Shown here: positions 49,006-58,095 of the stretch, piece by piece
Layout: each line of letters opens with the position of its first letter
Position numbering within the stretch: position 1 is the first letter of the stretch
Assembly (NCBI GenBank): GCA_963709585.1
Contig: CAVPXI010000007.1
Coordinates: forward strand, 192,001 to 256,000
DNA length: 64,000 nucleotides
Direction: 5' to 3'
Source of the DNA: Candidatus Dormiibacterota bacterium
GTDB lineage: Bacteria; Chloroflexota; Dormibacteria; Aeolococcales; Aeolococcaceae
The notes under the pieces: generated by a model
What the model saw: only the letters and a program-made list of their open reading frames with translations
The model's database searches: none
What the model was told of the DNA's origin: nothing
Program-made: the position numbers and the translations under genes

Positions 49006-49615
49006 CGCCAAGGTCGAATGGCCATGACACAAGACGACCTTCGGCTCTGGTCGCCCGTATACGCCTTGGCCATGCTGGGCTCCAGGCCGAACCAATGAGC
49101 CGGTTCGCACCGACGGCGACCGCTTGAAGAGGAGAGATATGAGTCCAGAGCATGCGCAGATGAGTGAGCCTTACGAGCCCCAGCTCACGACCCTCACGCG
49201 AGACGAATGCCTTGCGCTCTTGCGGAGAGCGGTCGTCGGCCGCATCGGCTACGTTGCAGACGGCATGGCGATCATCATTCCAGTCAACTTCGCGCTCTTC
49301 GACGGTGACATCGTCTTCTGTACGGCAAGGGGGAGCAAGCTCAGTTGGCTGAGCCTGCGCGAACGCGTGGCTTTTGAGGCCGATGAGAGCAGGCCGGCCG
49401 ATCATGAAGGCTGGAGCGTGCTCATCCAGGGGGTCGCTCGAGAGGTAACCGATCCGGACGAGCTCGCGGTCCTCCGTCGTGGCCACCTGCGTTCCTGGTT
49501 TCGGTCGCCACACGAGCACTGGGTGCGAATCAGCATCGACGCGATTTCGGGCCGAGCACTCCATGCTGCCCCATCCACCGACCGAATCATGCGAGCCTGA
49601 TCTCGAATGCACGAC
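49006..49615 (+). repeat. Segmental duplication, copy 2
   Basis: Matches 45800-46660 but lacks about 255 bp encoding most of the Cys-rich ORF. Confidence 0.92.
49139..49600 (+). CDS. Pyridoxamine 5'-phosphate oxidase-like flavin-binding protein, copy 2 (intact)
   Basis: LTRDECLALL..VGRIG..IIPVNF..VAFEAD..GWSVLIQG; GAGGAG RBS. Confidence 0.88.
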   Translation: MSPEHAQMSEPYEPQLTTLTRDECLALLRRAVVGRIGYVADGMAIIIPVNFALFDGDIVFCTARGSKLSWLSLRERVAFEADESRPADHEGWSVLIQGVAREVTDPDELAVLRRGHLRSWFRSPHEHWVRISIDAISGRALHAAPSTDRIMRA

Positions 49616-49654
49616 GGGCGGGACGCCTGAGCTCTGGACTACGATGGTCCGACT

Positions 49655-50440
49655 ATGGCTGTCGTCGAGCCGGCCGCCAGCGAAGCGGAGACACCGCGCC
49701 TCTTCTCTGGAAAGGTGGCCATCGTCACCGGGGGCACGCGCGGCATCGGAGCTGCGATCACCAGGGAGCTCAGTCGTCACGGCGCGCATGTGGCCGCCGG
49801 GTTCAACAGCGACGCCGAGTCCGCTACCGCCTTGCGCGACGAGCTTTCCGCTCAAGGTGGCTCGATCTCCGTGCACCAGGGCAATGTCGGGATCACCGAG
49901 GACTGTACCCGCGTCGTCGACGAGGTCTTGACTGGTTACGGTCATGTCGACTTCCTCGTCAACAACGCCGGGATCACCGTCGACAAGACCGTCCGAAAGA
50001 TGTCGGTCGAGGACTGGCACGCGGTGATGCGGATCAACATCTCGGGCGCGTTCTACATGATGAAGGCCGTTCTCGACCATATGCTCGAACGCGGCAACGG
50101 TCGGATCGTCAACCTGAGTTCCGTGATCGGACAGACCGGCAACATCGGACAAGCGAATTACGCTGCCTCAAAGGCAGCGCTCTTCGGACTCACGCAGAGC
50201 CTCGCACTGGAGACGGCCCGCAAAGGGATCACCGTCAATTGCGTGGCTCCTGGATTCATTGCGACCGAGATGGTGACCAAGATCCCGCAACCGATCCTCG
50301 ACGGCATCATCGAGAAAGTGCCGCTCCGTCGACTTGGCCGGCCCGAAGAGGTTGCTCGCGTGGTTCGTTTCCTCCTCGAGGACGAGTCGTCCTACATCAC
50401 GGGAGCCATGTACGCGGTGAACGGCGGCCTGTTCATGTGA
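49655..50440 (+). CDS. phaB: Acetoacetyl-CoA reductase (SDR)
   Basis: TGGTRGIG, NNAGIT, GQANYAASK, NCVAPGFIATEM; directly upstream of phaC. Confidence 0.8.
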   Translation: MAVVEPAASEAETPRLFSGKVAIVTGGTRGIGAAITRELSRHGAHVAAGFNSDAESATALRDELSAQGGSISVHQGNVGITEDCTRVVDEVLTGYGHVDFLVNNAGITVDKTVRKMSVEDWHAVMRINISGAFYMMKAVLDHMLERGNGRIVNLSSVIGQTGNIGQANYAASKAALFGLTQSLALETARKGITVNCVAPGFIATEMVTKIPQPILDGIIEKVPLRRLGRPEEVARVVRFLLEDESSYITGAMYAVNGGLFM

Positions 50441-50447
50441 TCGGCTC

Positions 50448-52208
50448 GTGAGCACCGAAATGGGCGAGGACACGGCCTATGGGGCGCTGCTCGCCAAGGT
50501 GGACCAGAGCGATTTCGGAGGAGCCCTGCGCAGCGTCTTCCTCGATGACGCAATACGTCACCCACTGCACTTCGCGAAGGCCGGTCTGGATCTCTCGGCC
50601 GGGCAGGCGGGGGTAGCCGCGCGCGCGGCACGGCGCGCAGTTGGCCGTGGAAACGGTGACCTGGTTGCTCCGGGCGACAACCGCTTTGCGGACCGGACGT
50701 GGCAGGCGAACCCCGCCTTTCGAACCGTGGCCGAAAGCTATCTGAGCATGGTGCAGTGGGCGCAGCAGCTGGTCGATACGTCACACGCTCCCGCCGCCCA
50801 GCGTGAGAAGGCGCGGTTCGCGGTCAACCTCATGCTCGATGCGCTCGCTCCGACCAATGTGCCGTGGATGAATCCCGCGGTCTTGAAGGAGACGTTCGAA
50901 ACGGGTGGTCAGAGCCTCATCGCGGGCGCGAGCAACTTCGTCGACGACCTGCTGCACCATGGCGGACGGCCACGTCAGGTCGACACAACATCATTCAGCG
51001 TCGGCGAGAACCTCGCGGCAACCCCGGGGCGCGTGGTGATGCGCAACTCCTTGATCGAATTGCTCATGTATGAGCCACAAACCGATCTGGTCCACGCGCA
51101 ACCGATCCTGTGCAGCCCACCATGGATCAACAAGTACTACATCATGGATCTGGCACCCGGCCGATCCTTCATCGAGTACGCGGTGCAGCACGGCTTCACC
51201 GTGTTCTGTATCAGCTACCGCAACCCCGACGCGTCGATGCGGGAAGTGAGCTGGGACGACTATCTGCAGCTCGGGCTGATGGCGTCGCTCGACCAGGTCA
51301 GCGAGATCACCTGCTCACCAGTCGTGAACATCGTCGGTCTCTGTCTCGGCGGAACGATGTCGACGATCGGTTTGGCGCACCTTGCGGCCAAGGGCGAGGC
51401 CGCACGAGTGGGCTGGATGACCGTCACCAACACGCTGGTCGACTTCAGCATCCCCGGTACTCTCGGCGTCTTCGCCGATCGCAAGAGCGTGATGCGGCTC
51501 GAACAGAACATGAAGCAGCACGGCTACCTCGAAGCGTCCGCGATGGCGCAGACGTTCGACTGGCTGCGCGGCAACGACCTGGTCTGGAATTACATCATCA
51601 ACAATTGGTACATGGGCAAGACCCCACCAGCATTCGACCTCCTGGCGTGGAATGGGGACAGCACGAACATGCCGGCGGCGATGCACACGCAATACCTGCG
51701 AGCCTGCTACGTCGACAACCTGCTGATTCGCCCAGATGCGTTTTGGATCGCCGGCACCCCGATCGATCTCAGGAAAATCAAGCAGCCGATGTACGTTCTC
51801 GGCGCCGAGAACGACCACATCGCCCCGTGGAAGGGATCGTATCTGACCACCCAACACGTCGGCGGCGAGGTCCGCTACACGCTGACGTCGAGCGGACACG
51901 TTGCCGGCATCGTCAATCCGCCTGGCAACCCGAAGGCGGCGTTCTGGACTCGCCCGCATGCGGATCGCGGTGTCGATGCCGAGGCGTGGCGCGAGGGAGC
52001 AGAACGTGTGAGCGGGAGTTGGTGGGACGACTGGGTAGCGTGGGCCGCGGAACGCTCGGGGGAACTCGTCGTGCCCCCACGCGTCCCGCTCGGCGATCCG
52101 GCTCCTGGGAGCTACGCCAAGGGCGAGGAGGCTCGACCCTTCAAAGCGAGATCCTCGGCGCGCCGGTCCCAGCGTGCTCGAACCGGCGCAGCAGCGAAGC
52201 GTTCCTGA
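50448..52208 (+). CDS. phaC: Polyhydroxyalkanoate synthase
   Basis: GENLAATPG, PPWINKYYIMDL, lipase box GLCLGG, DHIAPW, SGHVAGIVNPP, GSWW. Confidence 0.93.
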   Translation: MSTEMGEDTAYGALLAKVDQSDFGGALRSVFLDDAIRHPLHFAKAGLDLSAGQAGVAARAARRAVGRGNGDLVAPGDNRFADRTWQANPAFRTVAESYLSMVQWAQQLVDTSHAPAAQREKARFAVNLMLDALAPTNVPWMNPAVLKETFETGGQSLIAGASNFVDDLLHHGGRPRQVDTTSFSVGENLAATPGRVVMRNSLIELLMYEPQTDLVHAQPILCSPPWINKYYIMDLAPGRSFIEYAVQHGFTVFCISYRNPDASMREVSWDDYLQLGLMASLDQVSEITCSPVVNIVGLCLGGTMSTIGLAHLAAKGEAARVGWMTVTNTLVDFSIPGTLGVFADRKSVMRLEQNMKQHGYLEASAMAQTFDWLRGNDLVWNYIINNWYMGKTPPAFDLLAWNGDSTNMPAAMHTQYLRACYVDNLLIRPDAFWIAGTPIDLRKIKQPMYVLGAENDHIAPWKGSYLTTQHVGGEVRYTLTSSGHVAGIVNPPGNPKAAFWTRPHADRGVDAEAWREGAERVSGSWWDDWVAWAAERSGELVVPPRVPLGDPAPGSYAKGEEARPFKARSSARRSQRARTGAAAKRS

Positions 52209-52239
52209 CCGACGATCCTCAGCGGGACTTCGGCTTCGA

Positions 52240-52674
52240 TTAGGCCGGCGCCGCTTTGGATGGCTTGGCTGCGGCGGCCGTCTTGCGCCCCGGGCGCGAC
52301 GGTGTCGCGCGATTCGCGGGCGGCTGCTGATTGGCGATCAGGCCCCGGTAGACCTGGATCAACGCCTGCTTGGCTTCCTGCGTGAGCCGACCGTCCACCC
52401 GGATGGCGTCCTCGACGGTCAGGACGGGGCGTTCTACCGAGTTATCCAGAAGGCCGGCCTCCCGGTACAAGGTCTCGGCAGACATGTCGAGCGCGTCCGC
52501 GATGCCCTTGAGCACCTGGGCTGACGGCGTGTACACACCGCGCTCGATCTGACTGAGATACGGATTCGACACCTTGGCCAGCCCGGCGAGCTGGCGCATC
52601 GAGAGTGACATCAGCTCCCGCTGCGTTCGGATGAAGTCCCCGACTGACTTGAACGGTGGCGTGGGCTCGGACAT
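52240..52674 (-). CDS. XRE-family HTH regulator (Rv0474/MLDSR-like)
   Basis: GDFIRTQRE..SMRQLA..VSNPYLSQIERG..PSAQVL..SAETLYREAG; Ala/Lys-rich tail. Confidence 0.88.
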   Translation of the reverse strand: MSEPTPPFKSVGDFIRTQRELMSLSMRQLAGLAKVSNPYLSQIERGVYTPSAQVLKGIADALDMSAETLYREAGLLDNSVERPVLTVEDAIRVDGRLTQEAKQALIQVYRGLIANQQPPANRATPSRPGRKTAAAAKPSKAAPA

Positions 52675-52680
52675 GAGCCA

Positions 52681-52748
52681 ATCCTAGCGCTTGGGGAGCC
52701 AAGCTGATGGAGGGTTGACATAAATAGCGACCGCTTGGTATACTAAGC
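52681..52748. promoter_or_regulatory. Divergent promoters with two GCTT-N8-AAGC operators
   Basis: TTGACA (52715-20)-18 nt-TATACT (52739-44). Operators GCTTGGGGAGCCAAGC (52689-704) and GCTTGGTATACTAAGC (52733-48). Minus-strand TAGGAT 6 nt before the regulator ATG. Confidence 0.85.
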
Positions 52749-52783
52749 GCCATACAGCAGCCTCGATGCAAAGGAGACCACCA

Positions 52784-53056
52784 ATGACCGACTACCAGAC
52801 CCATGTGACCGACCTGCAGAAGCAGTTCCTGACCGCGATCCAGAAGGTTGGCGAGGTTCAGGTCAAGCTCTTCGAGGCAGTTCGCGAGATGCCCGCAACC
52901 CTCGAGAGTGGCCAGCTGACTCCCGCCGAGATGGTGGAGAAGTCGTTCGACTTCGCGACCCAGGTGCTCGACACCCAGCGCGACATGACCCTTCGGCTCA
53001 TCAACGCCGCTGGTGGGCCAGCGACCAAGACCCGGACTGCCAAGCAAGCCGCGTAA
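52784..53056 (+). CDS. Putative phasin / granule-associated protein
   Basis: 90-aa amphipathic helical protein (TPAEMVEKSFDFATQVLDTQRD) with K/T/A tail, AAGGAG RBS, strong promoter, near phaC. Confidence 0.65.
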   Translation: MTDYQTHVTDLQKQFLTAIQKVGEVQVKLFEAVREMPATLESGQLTPAEMVEKSFDFATQVLDTQRDMTLRLINAAGGPATKTRTAKQAA

Positions 53057-53061
53057 TCCCT

Positions 53062-53093
53062 CGATACGGGTCGGGGCAACCCGACCCGTATCG
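53062..53093. terminator. Perfect 14-bp hairpin with GCAA tetraloop between convergent genes
   Basis: CGATACGGGTCGGG-GCAA-CCCGACCCGTATCG. Confidence 0.8.
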
Positions 53094-53144
53094 GATCCAA
53101 TGCCCAGCGACGAAGCCTGAACCTAACGCTCGGCCGTGACCCAC

Positions 53145-54468
53145 TTAGCGGGCGTGCGGGCGGCTGACGTTGGAGGCGACCGCAGCTTCAATATGCAGGG
53201 CCGCCGCCGCGACACCATTCCGGCTCCGGATTGTCTTGCCGATCTCGTCGAGGCGGATTCGCAGCGGCCCGTTGCGCAGGAGCCGGTCCAGCGCCTCGCC
53301 CATCTGCGCGTCGGTAAACGTGTAGGTATCGAGGCGGACGCCGAACCCGGCTTCGTGCACACGCTGGGCGTTGTCATGCTGATCCCAGAACAACGGCAGC
53401 ACCAGCATGGGCTTGCCGAAATGGAAAGTCTCCGTGACGGTGTTGTTGCCGCCATGAGTGATCACCAGGTCGACCAGAGGAATGACGCGCGTCTGAGGGA
53501 CGAGTTCCGCACCCCACATGTTTGACGCCAGCTCGTACTCGCCATGACGTGGACCCTTTGAGACGATATAGCGATGCGGGGTCCGCCCGAGCACATCGAC
53601 CAGGCGCCTCATGAGGTCGACATCGGCGCTCGCCAGCGATCCGAGCGAGAGGTAGATGAGCGCTGACCCGCGGTGGCGGTCGCGCATCTCGACGGGCAGC
53701 TCGAATGTGTCGTCCGTTTCCCGTACGCTCGAGTCGAGGCGGTGCCAAGTGGCATCCATCTGACGTCTGTCGATGTAGTCCATCACCTCCGGGTACACAT
53801 ACAGGTTCAGGAGGTCGGATGTGTGGATGAACTCGAGATCTGGAAGGGGCGGCGCGCCCTGCTCCTGCACCCACGCATTGAACGGTTCCCAGACCGGACG
53901 ATGCGTCCGTTCGTACTCGCCGCGAAACTCCATCCACGCGATGTGGTCGTCGCACCCGAGGCCGGAATAGGGTGGGGGTATGTCCGGCCCCCGGATCTCG
54001 AGTGGGTTGCACGAGACGATCCGCACGAAGGGCATCCCTGACGTCATCAGGGCTGGAAAGCACACCACGTTGTCTTGGACCACCACGTCCGGCTTGACAT
54101 CGGCAACGATCTCGCGAAGCTGAGGCTCGCAGAACCTCGCCCCGTCGATGAGCGCCTGCCACGTCGGCGCCATGAACGTCTCGAGCTGTTCGACCGTCGG
54201 CCGTCGGAACTCTTGGGCAGTGTCGCGAATGAAGTCCTTCCAGAACTGGCCGGCGTCCTGGGTTTCGGGATCTCCGGCTGGCGGGGCGAGGTCAACAAGT
54301 ACTTCGTCGAAACCAAGCGCGGCGAGCTTGCCTCTCCATGAGACCTCAGCTGCGAAGACCACGTGGTGCCCGCGCTGGCGCAGGAACTCGGCCGATGCCA
54401 ATGCAGTTGTTGGTCGGGCCATATGCCGACTCGGGCATCAAGAGAACTGTCATAGGCGACACGCTCAT
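53145..54468 (-). CDS. GT1/UGT-family glycosyltransferase with a frameshift near 54385
   Basis: AGGAGG RBS + MSVSPMTVLLMPESAYGPTNNCIGIG, then a shift to LRQRGHHVVF; YLSLGS, VPQ..ITHGGNNT..PLFWDQ. Confidence 0.87.
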
Positions 54469-54507
54469 GGACCTCCTGCCCGGTGGTGGTGATGCCTTGG
54501 CCGATGG

Positions 54508-55491
54508 TCAAACAACTCCTTTGCCAAAGGTCCCCTGCAACCCACCGACATGGGCAAGGTCGGCGCCGCGTGGTTTGGTTTGGCCATCCTGCGCTCGTGG
54601 CGCTGAGGTCAGCCCTCGAGAACGTCCAACCAAACCCAGCACACCCTCTGCCACCGGCCGAGCGGGAAGCGCGCGCAGCATGCGCCGGGAGACCTCCTCG
54701 ACTGAGCCGATTCCTTCGATCTCCGCGACCAGCCCTTGCTTGCGGTAGTGATCGAGCACCGGCAACGTCTTCTCCAGGTAGACCGCAATACGGCGCTGGG
54801 CGGTCTCCGGCCGGTCGTCCTCGCGCACGATGAGGTCCCTGCCGTCCGCCTCGCAGCCCAACGGTCGGGGCTGGTCAGCCTCGAACCCGTAGCTTCGTCC
54901 GCAGCCCGGGCAGGTCAGCCTGGTCGTGATGCGCCGGATCAGCTCAGCCTCGGGCACGTTCAGGTACAGGACGCGGTCGAAGCCAGTCGCCATCGACGCC
55001 GCCAGCGCGTCGAGCGCTCGGGCTTGCGGCACGGTGCGGGGGAAGCCGTCGAGTAGGAAGCCGTCCCGGCGGTCGCTCCCCCGTAGGCGCTTCCTGATGA
55101 TGTCGATCATCAGCGCGTCCGGAACCAGGTCGCCGCGCTGCATGTAGGCTTGGACGCGCAGCCCCAGCTCGGTCCGCTCGGCCAGCTCGGCGCGCAGGAT
55201 GTTCCCCGTCGCGATCGCGGGAATGTCGAGGCGCGCGGCTAAAAGGTCCGCCTGCGTCCCCTTACCACTGGCCGGCGCCCCGAGGAGCAGCAGATTCAGC
55301 CGCGGCCTGTCTCCGGCGACAAACGGTAGTGCTCGCTCCATCGGCCCGTCGCATTCGGTGGCACGAATTTCCGTATTGGGGAGTCCGGGCGCCTGGGGGC
55401 TGATGGCGGCTTCGACGACCAGCGGGGTTAGGACCGGTCGCTCCTCGACGATGAGTGCCGGCTTGAACCGGTGCACGACGGCAGCTTTCAT
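54508..55491 (-). CDS. adk: Adenylate kinase with an ADH-like N-terminal extension
   Basis: GAPASGKGTQA, GFLLDGFPRT, LID CPGC..CEAD, REDD. Confidence 0.85.
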   Translation of the reverse strand: MKAAVVHRFKPALIVEERPVLTPLVVEAAISPQAPGLPNTEIRATECDGPMERALPFVAGDRPRLNLLLLGAPASGKGTQADLLAARLDIPAIATGNILRAELAERTELGLRVQAYMQRGDLVPDALMIDIIRKRLRGSDRRDGFLLDGFPRTVPQARALDALAASMATGFDRVLYLNVPEAELIRRITTRLTCPGCGRSYGFEADQPRPLGCEADGRDLIVREDDRPETAQRRIAVYLEKTLPVLDHYRKQGLVAEIEGIGSVEEVSRRMLRALPARPVAEGVLGLVGRSRGLTSAPRAQDGQTKPRGADLAHVGGLQGTFGKGVV

Positions 55492-55619
55492 GGGGCAACT
55501 CCTCGCGAATCAGTTGGCTTCGTCCCGGCTTGGACGGATCCCAGTAAAACGCTTGTGGCCCTCACCGGACCAGGGCCGTTGGTCACGTGACCGGCGCCGA
55601 AGGTCTCGCAGTTTGAACA

Positions 55620-57154
55620 TCACCTGCCCGTCGTCGCCTCAAGGCGTCCCTGCTCGATGGCGGCGACGAACGCGGCGTAGTCCTCGTCGTTTTGGTGGGC
55701 GTACGCGGCGGCGAACGCGGTGATCGCGCGCACCAAGACATCAGACCGGCCAATGTACGCGGCGATCGCTACCGCGTCACCGGAGCGCGCGTGGCCGCGA
55801 GCAAGCGTCCACCCACACAGGAACGCGTAACCGGCAGCCTCGTTGGGCGCCAGGTGCTCGAGGTCAACTGAGCCTTTCCAGTCGCGGAGCTGGCGGACGT
55901 AGTAATCGGGCCGGCGGGGTCTCGCGTCCACCCCAGGAGGATGTCGCTCACGGCCTGCGTGAGACGCTGGCCCTCGACAACTCGCTGACCGTGATTCGTA
56001 TAACGGCTCGGCGCGAGATGCTCTTCGAGAACTGACGCCGCGGCCTCCTTCACCTGCAGGAAGAGAGGGTCGCCCTGGTCGCGTCCCTCTAGGAGCAGTA
56101 TGAAACAACGCGTGCCCACGCTCCCCACGCCAACGACCTTTAACGCAACGTCGACCGGTCTGAACCGATCGAGCACCACTCTTCGATCATCACCGATGGA
56201 TTGCTTATAGGATGTGAAGGCCGCGCGGACCGTGGCCTCGACTTCCGCCGTGTCGCCGAACTCGGGGATCTCCCGAAGGGGGAGCAGCAACGGCGGGTCG
56301 CTCCGGATTCGTGAGTGTCCCGCTTCCTGAACCGCCAGCCTTCGAAGGGCTTGCAGGTTGTCGCTGGATCGCGCGTGTTGCGCAAGTCGGCCGACCTGGC
56401 GCCGCATCGTCCGCTGCGACCACTCAGCGACTTCTCGCAGCTGATCGGCGGTGAGGTGGTCATACCACACGTCAAGCGTTCCCATACCGGCAGCCTCGGT
56501 CATCCCTGTGCAATATCCCTCCACCGCCCGCGCCGTCACCGACTCACATGTGGCTCGGTCGAACCTTCGATGGAGGCCGGCGATCATGCAGCTCGCTGCG
56601 AGGCGCTTGATGTCCCACTCCCACGGGCCAGGCAGCGTTTCGTCGAAGTCGTTCACGTCAAAAGCCAGCTGACGCTCGGGCGACGCGTAAACTCCGAAGT
56701 TCGCCAGATGGGCATCACCACATGCCTGGACCAAGAGTCCCGATGACGGTGTCGCTGCAAGGTCCGCGGCCATGATCCGTGCCGCGCCGCGATAGAAGGC
56801 AAACGGCGATACCCTCATGCGCCCATGGCGAATAGGTACGAGCCACGCAACGCGCCCGCGATTCTGCTCCTCGAGCAGCGTGACAGGATCTCGCCGTCTC
56901 GGCGCCGGGGCCCACTCCGCGTGATGCGTACGGGGCACCGCTTGACGCGCCGCATGTCCGTGCGCAAGCCGCTCAGCGGGGCTCAAATGCACGACAATCG
57001 ATTCCGTGCGCGTGTCTTCGGCGTGGACGCTCGTGGGGGCAGCAGCCAGGACTGCCGGTTGGCTCTGAGAGGCCTTGGGCATTGTCGGTAGATTGTTCAC
57101 TACCCGGGGGCTTTTCTGTTTGTCGTTGCGGGACTCACGTCGGCGTTCGAGCAT
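55620..57154 (-). CDS. DUF2252 family protein with a frameshift near 55915
   Basis: RHGRMRVSPFAFYRGAA, CGDAHLANFG, FDVNDFDE, KVVGVGSVGTR, YYVRQLRDWKGS. Confidence 0.88.
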
Positions 57155-57160
57155 GGACAC

Positions 57161-57895
57161 TCAATTGTTGCTGGGTCCTCCGCCGAGGCCGATCCTGTTC
57201 CATAGCCGATCCCTAAGCCGAAGCATCCAATGCGCGTCGCCGCTCCGCGCTTGCGCGCGCGCCATCTTCGCGGGGTCGCGCGTATATCGAAGTCGAGCCC
57301 AGGGCGAGGTTGGATGGGCAAGTCGAATCGACCCGACGATGGCGATCGGTGGGAAGAAGAACCCAAGGACACCCGTCGCCGGCTTGCCCTTCAACAGCGT
57401 GATGGCGACGAAGACGACGTTGACACCGACTGTCATCACGACCGTCAGCTGGCCGAGGGTGCCGGGATCGGACGTAATTCCGAGCGGGGCAATGCCGGTG
57501 ATGAGCAGAGCGGTGAAGAGGACCATCACCACCATGGCGTCGACGGACTGCCGCCCCTCGACCGACCAGTACACATCCTCCAGGTGAAGCAGGAGGGCGA
57601 ACTCGTCGACTGTCAATGCGGCGCCGATGCCGAAGACGACCGCAACAACATCCAGCCCAGGCTCCGAGAGCCGAAACGCGATTCCGACAATCCCCGCGAG
57701 GAGCATGGCGACCACGCCGAAGACGACATGGTGGATGTGGAGCCCTCCCGGCGCGATGTTGTGAAGGCCCCACTTGCCCTCGCGGATCTTCCGGGTGATG
57801 ACGCGCACGATCACGAAGGTCACGATCATCGCCAGCAGCATGAGAAGCGCTGGCAGTCGACCGCTGGCGACGATCTGGTCTACATATCGGCCCAC
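57161..57895 (-). CDS. Integral membrane protein
   Basis: GGLHIHHVVFG, GAALTVDEFALLLHLEDVYW..GRQSVDA; about 6 TM helices. Confidence 0.8.
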   Translation of the reverse strand: MGRYVDQIVASGRLPALLMLLAMIVTFVIVRVITRKIREGKWGLHNIAPGGLHIHHVVFGVVAMLLAGIVGIAFRLSEPGLDVVAVVFGIGAALTVDEFALLLHLEDVYWSVEGRQSVDAMVVMVLFTALLITGIAPLGITSDPGTLGQLTVVMTVGVNVVFVAITLLKGKPATGVLGFFFPPIAIVGSIRLAHPTSPWARLRYTRDPAKMARAQARSGDAHWMLRLRDRLWNRIGLGGGPSNN

Positions 57896-58095
57896 GGTGA
57901 CAGTGTGCGGGAGAGGTTAAGGATCCCATGCGAGGGCTGCTAGCCGGTCCCATCGCGTTGGGCAGGGATAGACGGGCGACGCACCGTGCCTCGCTGGCCT
58001 CGTAGCCACGTAGCTATGCTGAGGAGGATGACCATCCGGGCACAGGTGAACTCCCGTTTCGAGGTCATTGATGGCTACCAGGCGTCGGCAGCGCC

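Noticed and set aside
45800-49615. Composite transposon or integrative element bounded by the direct repeats
   Set aside because: The repeats consist of a promoter plus a flavin-binding gene; no transposase, integrase or terminal inverted repeats are visible.
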